DNA from: Phoronis australis
Lineage: Eukaryota; Animalia; Phoronida
Assembly (NCBI GenBank): GCA_002633005.1
Contig: NMRA01000772.1
Coordinates: forward strand, 77,812-141,811
DNA: 64,000 nt
Reading direction: 5' to 3'
Made by a program: the position numbers and the translations under genes. Positions 1 through 13,531 of this stretch are shown here, piece by piece (the stretch's first letter is position 1; each line of letters starts with the position of its first letter). Under the pieces are notes generated by a model. It was not told the origin of the DNA. It searched no databases and worked only from the letters and a program-made list of their open reading frames with translations.

Positions 1-1669
1 TGTTATTCTTCAACAACATTTCTGTACTTATAATGAGACTTCAGTAAACTCGCGACTGTTCATACTTTAAATGTTAGCAGAAGTGTGTAATGTCCATCAG
101 CAGAGACCTGTGGGAAGAACTATTTTCCGTAACTGTAGCAAATATATGACGAAATGAAATGAAAACGGTCGACATAGATGAATTGTAATTGGTTAAATAT
201 ACATTAAGAAAGAAAATTAAGTATATAAATAGTAGAATGGTACTTGAATTGCCTGGTTTACGTCCTTCATGAGTTCACCTGTCCCAAATTGAGTGCTTTC
301 GTTTTTCTTTTCAGGTCGTCACTAGTCGATTCTTCTAACAGTCGTGATCTGCCCAGTATCCTATAGTAATCAGTTCTAGTATCAGCTTTCTGGAGTTGGC
401 ATAAAACTTAAGGAGCATTTGTGTCATTTTTACCCACCCACACATTTATGTGCTAAAACTTGTAAGCGAAAATGTAACGAATTCCAGTGATAGGAAAGAG
501 AACAAGTAATGAAAAGACTCACCATCATGAAATAATAATGAGTTGACTGGGGTGACATTTTATTTACTCTTCCAGTGTAATAAAGTTTCAGGTCCTGTGA
601 GTCTCAGGACTTACATATATCTTCAATACCTGTACAATAATGCTGTCCAATGAATCACTGCCACGGAATGTTTTTTTTTTAATAGCACATTTATTCATAC
701 CCTAGAATCATTACTATCTACATTATTTTGTTTTTCATAAACCCATTCACTCACACATTCATTCAGGGGAGAAAACTCCAACATTGATCCCGAAGATACT
801 AACAGAACCACAGGAGCCCATTTGCCATTGAACTTTACAAATTCACAGTCAAACTGAAACGTTATTTTTCACCATTGTAATACTATCAAACTCCTGTGTT
901 CAGATGTTCCATATATGGAAGACAATTCTTCACCAAATATTTACAACTAATATATTTTCCAGGCTTGTCACTAAAAATATTGAAAAGTACCTGAAGTATA
1001 TTGGGAAGGAGAAGTAAAATTGCATCGCCCTTGACTTCGTTAAAATATATTCAGAATGCTTTCCTCAAACACAGGAATCCTGTAAAAGGTGGGAAGAAAC
1101 CATACATTCTTCAGAAAGTTTCATAGTTCATTAAAGTACTGTTAACATCTAAACGATCATAAATATAAATAAAACTTTTTCATACCATCTAAGAAAGAAG
1201 AAAAAATATTTATGACCTCCCAGATACAAAAAAATACTTCTTTCCAAAACTGTTTAGAAATATATTGGGACCAGATCGAATTGAAGGCGTTGCGTTAAGT
1301 ATTTCAGTAACTGAAAATGTATTGATAAACAATGCTTACCATACGTCCTTACTATATAGGATCAACTTCCAAAACCATGACACTTAAGAGTGACTTAACT
1401 AAAGACCCTACACCAGCTTTAAGCCATTTGCAAGACAAACGTACAAAATCTTAAACCAAGAATTAAGAAGTGACACGGGACGCCATTTAGTAAGACATTC
1501 TCAGGGTTTCTCGCTCTTTGCAAAAGAGATACCAGTCCTTATGTTGACTGATGAAATGTGATCTTAAAATACTTAATTATACCAACTGATGAATCAACCG
1601 TGTTGCTGTGTTCTCTTCACACTACACACGGAATGAAGTACCATCTCGTCTGCATTCACATGACAATCT

Positions 1670-4600
1670 CTACAAGCTATTCATCTTGGAAAGTGCCATT
1701 AAGAAGTTATACACTAGCTTGTGCCACTCCTTAGGGTAATTCATGTAGCAGGCGTGACCGCCATCTACAATTTCCATGATTTCGCTGTTGCGCATTGTGC
1801 GCAAGTTGTTCAGTGACTGATGACCAAGGTCATGATCTCTCTCACCATAAACAATCATGGTGGGTACCTGAAAATGAACAAGAATTAGTTACAGAACGAC
1901 TAAATAGTCATACGCCACAGCAGGATGCATGAAAATTGCATGACTATAACTCTGAAGTGGTGGTGATTTGAATGGAACAAAAATCGTTGTCAGAAGTTTT
2001 ATAGCCAAATAATTAAATAATACAAAGTGCCGCGTTCATTCAAAGTGCACCATAGGTTTTCTCTTCATATCTCCAAGAAAATTAAGCCTTAAGAGATGAG
2101 ATGTTGGAATACAGGACAACCAGACAAAATGGCCAATAGAGGGTGCTGCAGTGGTCAAATCTGCATGGAAATTGATTGGTCCCAGCACGTTGCCATCACA
2201 GACCCTTATGTCACGTTTCATTGAAATCCATAAATCAATTCATTCCACAAAATCTGTTCCCTCATAAAAGATAGGAAAGTCCCATGTTGAGAGCAAAATA
2301 GCCACTAGAGGGTGCTGTAGATGTTAACTCCGCCTGAAAATTGACTGGCAGGAAGATTGCTGTTACACACCTCTGTGTCAAGATTTATTAAATACTGTTA
2401 ATCAAATAGTGGCAAGCATCCCTTCAATGATAACCTTTAACCCTTGCGCCAAATTTGATCAACAGCTGAATTTTTTTGTGATATCGACCCGACGACACGA
2501 CAACCAGGCAGGATGAGGACAATATGCGACCACATGAAACACGTGCACATAAAAACATATCTTTATGACAGAACACAATGCAATGAGCAGAAGACTACAC
2601 GAGGGTCACTGAGAGACAATAACAAATGCCCACAAAAGTGAAATTTTTTGCGTTGGTTACCAGTGAAATGTTTGTCATTTTCTGTGTAGTATTGAAGAAG
2701 GGCTTCAGACATGAAAGATACAGCAACAATTCAACTACATACCTCCACTTGGTGATATTTGTCATGGGAATAATGCCCCGTTTCCACTGGCGCTACGGGA
2801 ATGAACCCCGACAATTTGTCCGTGGCACGGCGTGGATCCTTCATAACGTATGGCAGTGAGTAGTGGCCACTCATAGAGGGGCTCACCAGGACGGGCTTAG
2901 TCACTTTGAGGGCCAACATGAGGGACTCCATGAATGCAAATGGTTCAACACTGGCCTTTTCACTCTTGCCATAACCTGGTGGAAACAGAATTGTACAGTA
3001 AAAATAAGCGTATTACTACGCCTTCAGGTGCATGGGCCTACAGCTGAAATAAGGCCTCTTTCACTACCTTTTTTACCCAAGTGATTCGCATATGCACCCA
3101 CATATAAATATTTGGGCACGTAAAAATGAAAATGTAATGATAATCTAGAAAACTGAAAGAGTGTTTTAAGATTTCATCTTAAACATGTATATCAAATGAA
3201 ATCTGGTCAAGTTATAATTGATACTGGTGTTTTGTTATCAATGTATACTAAAAGGCATGGTCACATGACCCACTTGATGGCAGATTGGGAAAATGTAAGA
3301 AATTTACAGGTGTCCTGCTTTCAGAAAATACATACAGTGTACTTTCACAGCATTGAAGACTAGTTTTGTAAATATTTTTNGTAAATACACAAACTTGTCC
3401 ATAAGGTCCAACATAACTTAAAGTTATGAACACTTAAAATGCAAATTAAGGTTACCTTTCACAATAGGAGAATCGAAGGTAGACTCCAGTCAAGTCAGTA
3501 AATTAGCACCTACAGTGAAGAAGATGCCATCTGAAGATGACAGGAGACCAGAAATAAACTTCTTGGATTACTGAATTGACACCAAGCCCAACCAGAAGGG
3601 CCACCATTCAGTGGTCCCTTCGAATGGGCAACTTTATCTAAATATTAGAAACTTGAGTAAAAACGAATAAAATCATCCACCTGGAAGGTCAACTGCAATT
3701 GCCCAATGTCCAGCGGCTGCCACTAGCTTTAGAGTGCCAAGGTCGTTCCACGTCTGGGAGCTAAATGATTGACCATGCAGAAAGACAACATGGAGTTTGG
3801 GGCTCATGGCGGGTAGCAAGCATTGCTGGTAGCGGATCTTTACTGTCTAGAGATAGGAATACAAGAACATTACTTGATTTCTCCCTCAAATACAAGAACA
3901 ATACAGAGCAATAACATTGGCCCACCGTGTGCATCGCAAACGGCAAAACTATCTGTGGTGTCCATTTATAAAAAAATTGACTTGAATAAGTAATGCTCTC
4001 TAGTTGAAGGGATTTGAAAAATAACCAATAGATGAGTCGAAAAATGCCGCCCATGCACTCCACCGACGGCAACTTCTAAATTGTGTGTTTTCAAAAGAAT
4101 ATTATGTAGGAAAATGAAAATTGATGTTACAAAGCTGAAAAAATCCCACATACGTTACTAAGGCAATTACTGCCCCAACTAACAAATTTCACCATTTTTT
4201 CAATGTGACTATTTTGTGTTTTGAAAAAGATATCATGTCTATACCCATGTTTTGAGGGTCAAGCATAGCATCAAACCATTTCAAAGTAACCCTTGTTTCT
4301 GCTGTGTGTTAAACTGCACATTAGCATTCATTCTGCTTAAGCTGTATTTAGACTAATGAAACACAAGATTAATTATTTCTATAGTTGTTTACAACTGTTA
4401 TGTAATCGCTAATGTTCGCACCAATAATTAAAACACTACTGTAATCCTAGTTCGTGGTTTCAGTCACTAGTCGTCAGTGCTGTCTCTTTCCAATTCACCC
4501 CAGTTAGTGCCTCTGAACACCACCGTTTCCAAAGAGAATTGACAGCAGTGCCACCTACAGAGTTATAGCTTTACAACTATGGTGTTCACACCAAGTTATA

Positions 4601-7376
4601 ATGGTTGTAACTTCACTAATCCAGACTGTTCAAGGGTTACAACAGCCAAGTCACAACTCTTAAAACTGGTTTTACAGAGTTCAGACTGGGAGTTATAACA
4701 TTTAAATCCGTTTTAAAAGTTACAACCACTTTGGTGCGAACAGAGCAGAAGATTAATCACATATTAAACTAAATTGTACAGAAGACAATAAACAATCCGT
4801 TTGAAAATGTGCTTGTGCTGTCCTATTCATGATGGGAACTTGTCAACAAAATTTGAAAAACATCCACCTCATGGTTTTGGAGATGCAGCAGTGGACGCTG
4901 AACAGACGCAAAATGTGCCCACATATACAAATATTTGGGCAGATAAATATGTAAGGGTTGTTTATTTAGAATACTGTAGAAACGTGTTAGTTATATATTT
5001 GTATAGACCAGTAGAAAAGCACTGCCATTTTGATTAGAAGGGCGTTAATGTAGCTATTTAATCATATCTGGTGGTAGGAGGAATATTCAAGGAAAACTGA
5101 TACAACTATACGGAATATCTAATGGCAATGGTGTTAATAAATCACAACCCCAAAACATTGCGGTAAAGAATTCAATATTGACAGCTTGTAACAAAAATGG
5201 AAACGCTCCTTTAAAACGTGTAATAATGACAACTGGTATGGCTTGAATATACGATAAATGACTATACAGTTAAATAAAATACAACAAAAAATACAGACAG
5301 CTGAAAATAGCTTTCAAAACATGTTCGAAAGGTTTTTATTCAGTTGCATATCCTGGTTGTCACAGTTACGAATGCCATACATCTTGATCACACTGGACAG
5401 TATAACAAAAGGCTCCATATAAGCCTTAACCCACCTTCCCAAGGACATCTACGTTGACATATTTGGCTTCCACCTGTAGGGTCTTAGCTCTCTCCTGAAT
5501 TTCACTGGGAATTTCAACAAAGTTCTCGTGATGAAGCTTCTTCCACGTGTCAGGGTGTCGCCGCGGGGGCATCTTTTTCTTGTGGATTGGCACAATTTCG
5601 GGCTGAGCAAAGATGAATCTGCAGGGTCAACAGACAGGGACATCAGATAGGGACATCTGACAGGGACATTTTTGATCATATAAATCCAGCTTTAAGGACA
5701 GAAAACAACAACACTGGGGTAACAATATTAATTTGAGGTAGCAGTGCTTTTCCCTGAAAATAACAGGTTTAGGGCAAAGAGATTTACCCATGCCTGACTG
5801 TCACAAACAAGTGTGACTGTTTTAAAAATATCCTAAGGCTGAGAAAACACACTTGGTACTGGTCTGTCATTGTTTCAATATTAATAAAATGTTCCACTTG
5901 TTTACTTATGCGAGTGACATGAAAATTGTGCTCAAGCACCGAATTTTGCCTGGACAGACACACCCAATAAGAGCAGATGTTGGTATCGCAAGAATTTACT
6001 TATTATTATAATCATTGCCATCGAAGTTCCACGAGGGATTACTCCATTTACACCATCTTTACAGAGGTATAGTGGGGTCAACCTCTGTCGATGCAGGAAT
6101 GATGGTGCATGACTTGGTGAGCAATTTGGTCCAACACCCGATAACTCAGCAAATCAAAACTACTGACCAAAAAGATCTAGCCTGTCCTGAGAGTGCTACT
6201 AGAAACAACACAAAAACCTCTGCAGTAGAAATTCTGCTTGTGCTGAAACCAAAAGTTATACGAGACGCCTGTCTTTGAAGTATATTGTCCATGGTGGATT
6301 ACCGAGTGGTAATTTTTCAGAGAAAAGGACAACCACACTTTTACGACTTCGCTCTCATTGTCATGATGCCATGTTCCATCAACAAAGCAACATGTGTGTC
6401 TGAGTTTACTGAGTGACTGTTACCAGTTGAAATAAGTTTTTGTAATCATAGGCGGATCCAGGGGATGGGTCCAGGGTGTCTAGGCCTCCCCTTTAGCAAA
6501 AGTGGCAAACAAAAACCAAGGAAAATTAGACAATTTCCTTTTTCCATTTCTATAGACTGCTGGGCACAGAGATCAGGAAACTTTATTAGATTATCGGCTT
6601 TGTACTCATCGTTTGTGATATAGAATTCTCTTGTATTGAATGGGCATCTAACTGGAACACCATAAAGGGATTGTACCAGCGATGTAGACAAATGCAAGTC
6701 ATGTTATCCCACTCAGAGTGATGTTCAAAACACATTAGCAATCAAATTCAAGTGTGTTACTCTTTACCATCATTTTGTTTTAAAGGTACACATTCCAGGC
6801 TTTGTGACACTTTGAGGAATAACTATCTTACTCTGTCTATCTTTGCACTTATAAACCTCTGAAACCACAAGCGGTCCAACTTTACCTGACTAACTATAAT
6901 GGTATCAGGTCTTCATTCACCTATTCGCTGGAAAGCAAATGTTCCTGTGCCTGCTGAGAGAGGAATTTTTCAGGTGAGGGGAAAATACCCCCCCCCCCTT
7001 CACCACCATCAGCAGCAGGCTAGGTCTCAAGTAACCAAAGCCATTTTGTGTCATTTCAAATCGTCGTCTGTGCAAGTCAGAAGTGATTCAAACCACAAAG
7101 AGAATTTTTCATTATCCGGGAAGACTTTTTGGGCCTAACAAGAGACGCGAGATATTGAAATATTGTCTAAGGGGGAATGGGGCCAATATTCGGGTCAAAA
7201 TTAAGGGACCAAGGGCCCTATGTCACCAGTCTATTATTTATTTATCACGTGATCATTTTTCCCCAGCTGGCTCACCTGTAGACCAGGTAAACAAGAGCAC
7301 ATGAGCAGACAGCAGTCAGGATGAGGGCTTTATTCACCCTTACACTTCCACTTCGCCCATTGCGATCCCAGATCAT
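1670..7376 (-). CDS. ABHD14A: ABHD14A-like alpha/beta hydrolase with N-terminal membrane anchor, 5 coding exons, 293 aa
   Basis: Exons 7276-7376 (MIWDRNGRSGSVRVNKALILTAVCSCALVYLVY, hydrophobic anchor), 5435-5618, 3681-3846 (VVFLHGQSFSSQTWNDLGTL...AVDLPG), 2743-2975 (YGKS...PVLVSPSMSG) and 1670-1867 (IVYGERD...GGHACY, TAG). All introns are GT-AG and phases match (882 nt in total). The SPSMSG nucleophile, Asp and His are typical of ABHD14; the TM segment favours the A type. Confidence 0.9.
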
Positions 7377-8244
7377 TTCTTCCTCCACCTGATTGAACAA
7401 AACAAACAGTAAAACAACATGGAAAACAACTGAAATTATATTTTCTCACAGTTTCTCCACGAAAGTCAACATTTCTTATCATGATACTTGGAAAAACTGA
7501 GTGAAAAACCAATAACCATAAAAATAACAATAACAAAGACATCGATGTTAAAGACGACAACACCCATGAATGACATTAACAACAACTTCAAGGACTGCGT
7601 CATCGTCGATCATATTCGTCATCTTTGAACACCACGATCAATTTCTGAAGTTTTCACTGATTCTTCAATCACTGTTTTTTCTTTCACAAATGTGGTTACA
7701 GTTCAAAGCAAATTACAGTAACATATGTCCTATTTAGGGCACAATACGGCGGACGAGTGTCATATAATATTCTTGTTTAAATCACAAAAATACGTAGCAA
7801 CAAAATAATGTTCTGACATGTGCAAGTTCAGTACCATACTTACCAGCAAACAGCATTGTGCAAAAATGTGGCCATTCAGAAACTGCACTTGGTAATAGGA
7901 TTGATTTAAGTTATAATAATACTTTGTTAACAGGTCTGTGTATTTTGCAAAATGTCTATAAACTATATATTTTACTTCAGTAAAAGTATATATTTTCTGA
8001 CTTTTGACTTGTTAATAATCTGTTATTAATTGGATCACATGACCAAGTTTTGAGCAAAGCTTTAGGAAAAAAAACTACATTGATAAAAAAACAACGCCAC
8101 CAGTAAAACGATTAAATTTCATGTGATATCAATGTTCAAGATGAAATCTCAAAAACTCGTTTACACTAGTGCACAGACTCTTTTATGTACATTAATTGGC
8201 AATGAGAAAATATTACAATACCACAAAAAGACAAAGAACACCAG

Positions 8245-8290
8245 ACACACACACACATGCACACACACACGCACACACACACACACACAA
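8245..8290. repeat. (CA)n microsatellite
   Basis: Imperfect CA run just beyond the 3' end of the LINE. Confidence 0.9.
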
Positions 8291-8299
8291 CCCGCAACT

Positions 8300-9972
8300 A
8301 ATCCTATTGACTGCTAAGAAAAACCATTTCAAAGTTACACCATCTTTTTTGTATAAATTCTAAATTCAAATCCTTACAAGCATTACTTTTCACTCATATA
8401 GTATTCTTTGATGAAGTTAAAAAATCTACTTAGAAGTAATCTTTTTGATCCAAACTTTTGGGTATAAATAAACTGTTTATCCAATAATAAAACGATGTTT
8501 TCAAATTTTCCATTTTATCAAAAAATCCAAAAATAACGTTGTTGCAGGAGAGAGTGCCGATACACTGGGGATTTGCTTTGTTTAGAATTTCGTAATTAAC
8601 TTTTGTCCAAAATGAAATTACTGTTTCACATTCCCAAAATAAGTGTTTCAAAGTCTCTTTCGATTGTCCACAAAAGGAACAACAGTCGTCATCCGTAACT
8701 TGAATTATTTTTAAAAATGAGTTAGTAGTCAAAATTCTCGTCAAGAGTCTGAACTGAAGCCACCTAATTCTTGGGTCCCTTGTTGTGTTATATGAAAGGG
8801 AATAAACTTCTTCCCATGAAAAATTAGTTGTGTTTATGTTCAGTGCGTTGACCCATTTTGACTCCGCTTTTGTGACTTCGGAACTACAATTTAATTGTGT
8901 AGAGATATGTCGACACCCTCTCTCACCACTTTTCAGTTTCATTAAGATCGCTGGCATAACAGGACAATACGCATCAAAACTAACAACTCTATCAATACCA
9001 CATTTCTTTTGGAACTTAAATATCACTGAAATTAGACTATTATACTCCATAAAGTTTGTTTTGATACCTGAAATATCCCCAATAAATCTAGAGTTCAAAA
9101 TATTACCGTCTGGGGAAAACAAGTCCTTTATAAAGACTATGCCTCTATTGCACCAGTTCCTGTAGAAAATACTTTTTGCTCCTGTCTGCAGATCACTGCT
9201 AAACCATAAAGGTTGGTTAAGAAAATCAGATTTTTGATCTTCAAACAATTTCCCAAGGAGATTACACATTCAAAAAAATCTTTCCAGAAGCAATTGTCAA
9301 TATTAGGCAACTTTATCTTGAGAAAGTCAACTCCGTACTTAGCGAAATTTCAAAATTCAGAAAAAATCAAATGAAACAAACCGGCAGTCTTAGACTGACC
9401 GTTTACAAATTTTGTTTACATGTTAATCGTTAAAGCCTTACAGAATGAAAATATGTTAATCATCCTGATACCTCCTTCATTATAATTACAAACAGCTCGG
9501 GAGCTCTTAATTTTGTCACTGCAACCTTGCCAGAGGAATTTAAAAAACATTGAGTTCAGTTTTTCTAGAATATATTTCGAAGGTTGTGGCAAGGATAACA
9601 GATGTACAATTTTTGAAACCGCTAGCACCTTGATTACTGTAATCCTCCCGAAAGGCATCAAAATTCTTTTAGACTAATTATTTAAAATTAATTCAATGTC
9701 TTTCAATTTCGCCAAGTAATTCTGATCTGCCATATCATGTAGGCTGACTTGGAAATTAATCCCCAAGAACATGAAATTTGTTTTGGTCCATAATAACTGT
9801 TCCTGACAGGAATTTTTTCAGCACTGTTCTCCATGCTGCCAAACCAAATGGCTTTTGTTTTTTCTATATTGACCCTGAGGCCAGAGAAATGAGCAAACAG
9901 ATTTAGAACATTTAAAGTAGACCGTACAGACGACTCTGAGCCATCTAAAATAACAGACGTGTCATCAGCATC
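8300..9972 (-). mobile_element. 5'-truncated, decayed Tx1/L1-clade non-LTR retrotransposon (RT C-terminal half plus zinc finger)
   Basis: Minus strand reads ADDTSVILDGSESSVRSTLNVLNLFAHFSGLRVNIEKTKAIWFG (RT motif at about 9960-9970), then GRITVIKVLAVSKIVHLL, FFKFLWQG, GGIRMINI, WLQFRLLTRILTTN and CSFCGQSKETLKHLFWEC. It is broken by frameshifts and stops. Confidence 0.9.
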
Positions 9973-10139
9973 CTTCTACAACAGAAATGGACATCGAAAA
10001 TTCAGTTACGGTAAATTGCTTTACAACTTCGCACATCACACACAGTTTTTGGAAGCAATAGAATGTACTGAAACTTTATTAAACTGATTTAGGAAATGAA
10101 TATAAGGTAAAACAGAGAGCAGCAACTGAAGTGCCACTC

Positions 10140-10930
10140 CATAGAATGAGCGACCTCTAGGAAGGGAGGGCAAGTTAATGGAGTTCCAGTCACTGGTTCA
10201 AGGTTGACAATCACCACTATGTCAATTAAACAAGAAAAGCAGAGGTAGCACCACAGTATAGTCATTACTCGTACAACAGTTCAAAATATAAACCACAAGA
10301 ATCTTCAATGAATAAAAATGTTTCCAATATAAGCAATATTTTTACTATACCTTTGTCTTTAATGAGTTTACATATACCACGATTTCAATAGAACAAGATA
10401 AACAATGCAAGCACCATAATGTGCAACACTAAGACAAATAAAACACCAGTCTCCTCAAGGAAGGGAGGCCAAACCCTTTCATTGACTATGTCAATGGAGT
10501 ACCTGTAACTACTTCTAGCTCTGCGAGTACTTTACATGTATGTGCCACGCAGGTTGAGAATCAAAAACTTTTCAAAAATAAATATGCACTATCACTGTCT
10601 GTTTAATGAGCATATCTGTACAAGTTCAATGTAACAAGGTAAACAATGCAAGCACCAGAGTTTGCAATACCAACTTCAGCTGTTAAAAAACACCAGCATC
10701 CTCGAGGAAGGGAGGCCAAACCATTTCATTGACCACGTCAATGGAGTACCTGTAACTACATCAAAAATAGACAATATGTATCTATATATAATATATATAT
10801 ATATTAAAATAAACAATGCAAGCACCTGAGATTGTGATATAAACTAATACTGTTAGAAAAACTTCAGCGTCCTCAAGGAAGGGGGGGCCAAACCCTTTCA
10901 CTGACGATGAGTCAATGGAGTACTTTGCAC
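10140..10930. repeat. Degenerate tandem repeat, 3-4 copies of about 170-250 bp, in the 3' region of the Myb/SANT gene
   Basis: Core AGGAAGGGAGGCCAAACC...GTCAATGGAGTAC at about 10457, 10705 and 10875, with a partial copy at about 10158. AAACAATGCAAGCACC at about 10400, 10640 and 10811. Confidence 0.75.
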
Positions 10931-10942
10931 CACATTTCACTT

Positions 10943-13531
10943 TTAGGTTTTTCTCCAGACAACCAGACTCTCCAGTGCCACCACACGTCGCTCTTCAATA
11001 TCAGCGCGTCTCTTTTCCACCTCCAAACGTTCTTTATGCATGGCACTAAGGTCTGCCTTGTAAGAGGAAACCCATTGAGGCTCCTCATTTCCCTTGTGCT
11101 TTTTGGGGTGTGCTGGAGTACTAGCCACGAGCGGCACAGCATCAGACTCGATGGTATCATTTAAAGGAGGTTCTGGCTCCACTGTGTTCACTAGAGAAGA
11201 CACGGAAGCCACTGGAACCATAGCTGGATCACTTCCAAACATCTCTTCCATGGTTTGGTAGTACGTCCATGTTGTACGACTCTGACCAGTCTGGATGTTC
11301 TTGTCTTTTATTATCTTAAATCTGCAACAAAATAGTAATGGAAAATAATGATGCACATAACTGTGTACACACGAGGTTTAAACCCTTTTCCTGCTGTTGT
11401 CCCGAGAAAAGAAACCAGTTTAGTGACTAATACAAAATATCAAACTGGACACATGAATTTCACATTCAATATAAATATTTGTTATTTTATTGCTATTTTC
11501 AACTGAGTCAATTATGAAGACTTGCAAAATTTACAAAATTTATCTTTAACAGGTCCAGGTATCCCAAAGAAACATTTTAACTGGATCTTGCACCCTAATT
11601 CCTTACCTCATTGATTTCTAGGTCATATAAGTTAGAAACACAACATATAGTGAAGATATGATTATGAAGTATGTTGAAAATTGCCAAATGTTTAAGAACA
11701 AATTTTGTGTCGAAAATGATCTGCTGTAAATCACTGTGTCCAGTAAGTATCGTGACGTTAAGTTGGGAATAACGCCACATGATGCAGTCTATATGAGTCC
11801 CCCAAGGTCGGTCATTAGTGCAAGGGTCACCTATTTGCAGATTTTTTTTTGTTTTCACATCAATACAAATTGTCAGTGAATACAAAACACGTTGTTTGGC
11901 ATAGATGATTTTCCAATAGCATTGTCGTATAGTTCCTACTATACATCACCATATTTGGGAGCCTGCTAATACATCTTTAACAATATCATATGACAAAAGA
12001 TATACAACAAGAGTGTAAACTTTTGATGACACTAACTTTTGCTAGACTGTCGGGTTCAAAGGTTTTCGAACATTGAGAGGAAAAAGACAAATGAATATGT
12101 TTTACCTATTCCTCATGCTTCGGAACTTCTTTTCGCAATTTGCCCCGGAGTAGTTGTGGCCTTTTTCTTTGAGGCGTTCAGCCACTTTGCACCATGGTTG
12201 TTTTTTGGTTATGGTGTATTTTAAGAAATCTGAATCCATTTCTTTTCTAGTACACAACAGCATCATCACTGCCTGGTGATTCCAGCTTGTCCTGCCTGAA
12301 GAAATAAAAATAAGTAATTATAAGGAACAGGATACTGTGTACAAAAATCAGTATAGAAACATTTCTGTACAATATTTTGATATGACTGCTGTAATGTCAA
12401 ACAATAGGGTTTTATTACAAAACGCCAAACTCGAACAAGTAAGGGGTCAAAATCGTATCAAAAAACACCATTCTAAAGAATAGAGATCATATGATCATGA
12501 GTCATAATCAGATTTAAGAGAATTGTTTTGCACAACTTACACAATCTATGATTCTAGCTACCAGTGCCATATAAGGTTCTGTTTTGAACTCTGCAATAGT
12601 AGTGAAAACCACGAACATGACATCCTCCCTTCTCTGAAAGTTCTTACTCATCATCCACTGTTTATTTCTAAATTTAAGTTCTACAGTCAGTCCTCAGCCA
12701 CCATCCAGTGGTGTCCAGTTTACTCAATAGAAAACAGATGTCAGACACAACTTCCAGCATAGTAACAAATTAATGTAAACAATTCAGTTAAGGGGTATTG
12801 TCAGTGTTATACAATCAAAACAAGTACAAGCTACTAATGGATCTTTGTAGTAAACAGTAGTAAATAGCTTCTAAGGGTCATCCAGTCAACTCTGGGTGGA
12901 CTATGAGAGTGACAAAAACAAAGAGTGATTGGTGTTATTCTGACCAATTTCCTCAACCTGTGTATTTCACAGGTGGTCAGAAATGCAATCGTACAATCTA
13001 TAATTCTAGCTATCAGAGCCATATAAGGTTGTGTTTGAACTCAGAAATTGTAGTGAAAACCACGAACATAAAAAGTTTGAGTCTAAAAATCCGAGTATCG
13101 GCACATTGCTTGTATTCAACTCAATTACTCAAATCCAATGCCTTGCAATGGGCCCTCATTTTTGAGAAATTTTGCATTAATAACGAGCCCCTTAGTCAAA
13201 AGATGGATCTGATTCACGAAATGAAGATCCACTACATTTGGCATGTGACAAAAATGGAATATTTAACTGTAAATAAAGGTAAAAAAAAAACAAAAACAGG
13301 CCTGTGTGTTGCATGCCTTTGTGTGATGACCGACAGTCGGGATTCTGACGAGCACTTCAACTGTTAATTTGGATCTAAATGATGCCAATTTACAAGAAAT
13401 CGTGAGTTCAATAAAGCAAACATACCCTCAACAATCCTGTCAAACGTTGACTTGGGTAATTGTAATGTAAATTTCTTCGTATCCTCTTGGTTACTCAGCG
13501 TCAGTGACGTGAAGCCTTCGCAGGATGCCAT
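10943..13531 (-). CDS. Myb/SANT-like (trihelix, MSANTD / Harbinger ORF1-type) DNA-binding protein with C-terminal coiled coil, 3 exons, about 224 aa
   Basis: Exons 13426-13531 (caagATGGCA start), 12106-12295 (WNHQAVMMLL...KKQPWCKVAERLKEKGHNYSGANCEKKFRSMRNR) and 10943-11321 (FKIIKDKNIQTGQSRTTWTYYQTMEEMFG...ERLEVEKRRADIEERRVVALE). Introns are GT-AG, phases match, and there are no internal stops. Minus-strand AATAAA near 10075. Confidence 0.75.

Noticed and set aside
8830-9165. 111-aa plus-strand ORF
   Set aside because: Antisense shadow of the LINE RT ORF.
12541-13070. About 80-bp duplicated segment (12541 and 12993) and the 154-aa plus-strand ORF 12903-13367
   Set aside because: A local intronic duplication. 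The ORF has no recognisable motif and is antisense to the Myb/SANT gene.
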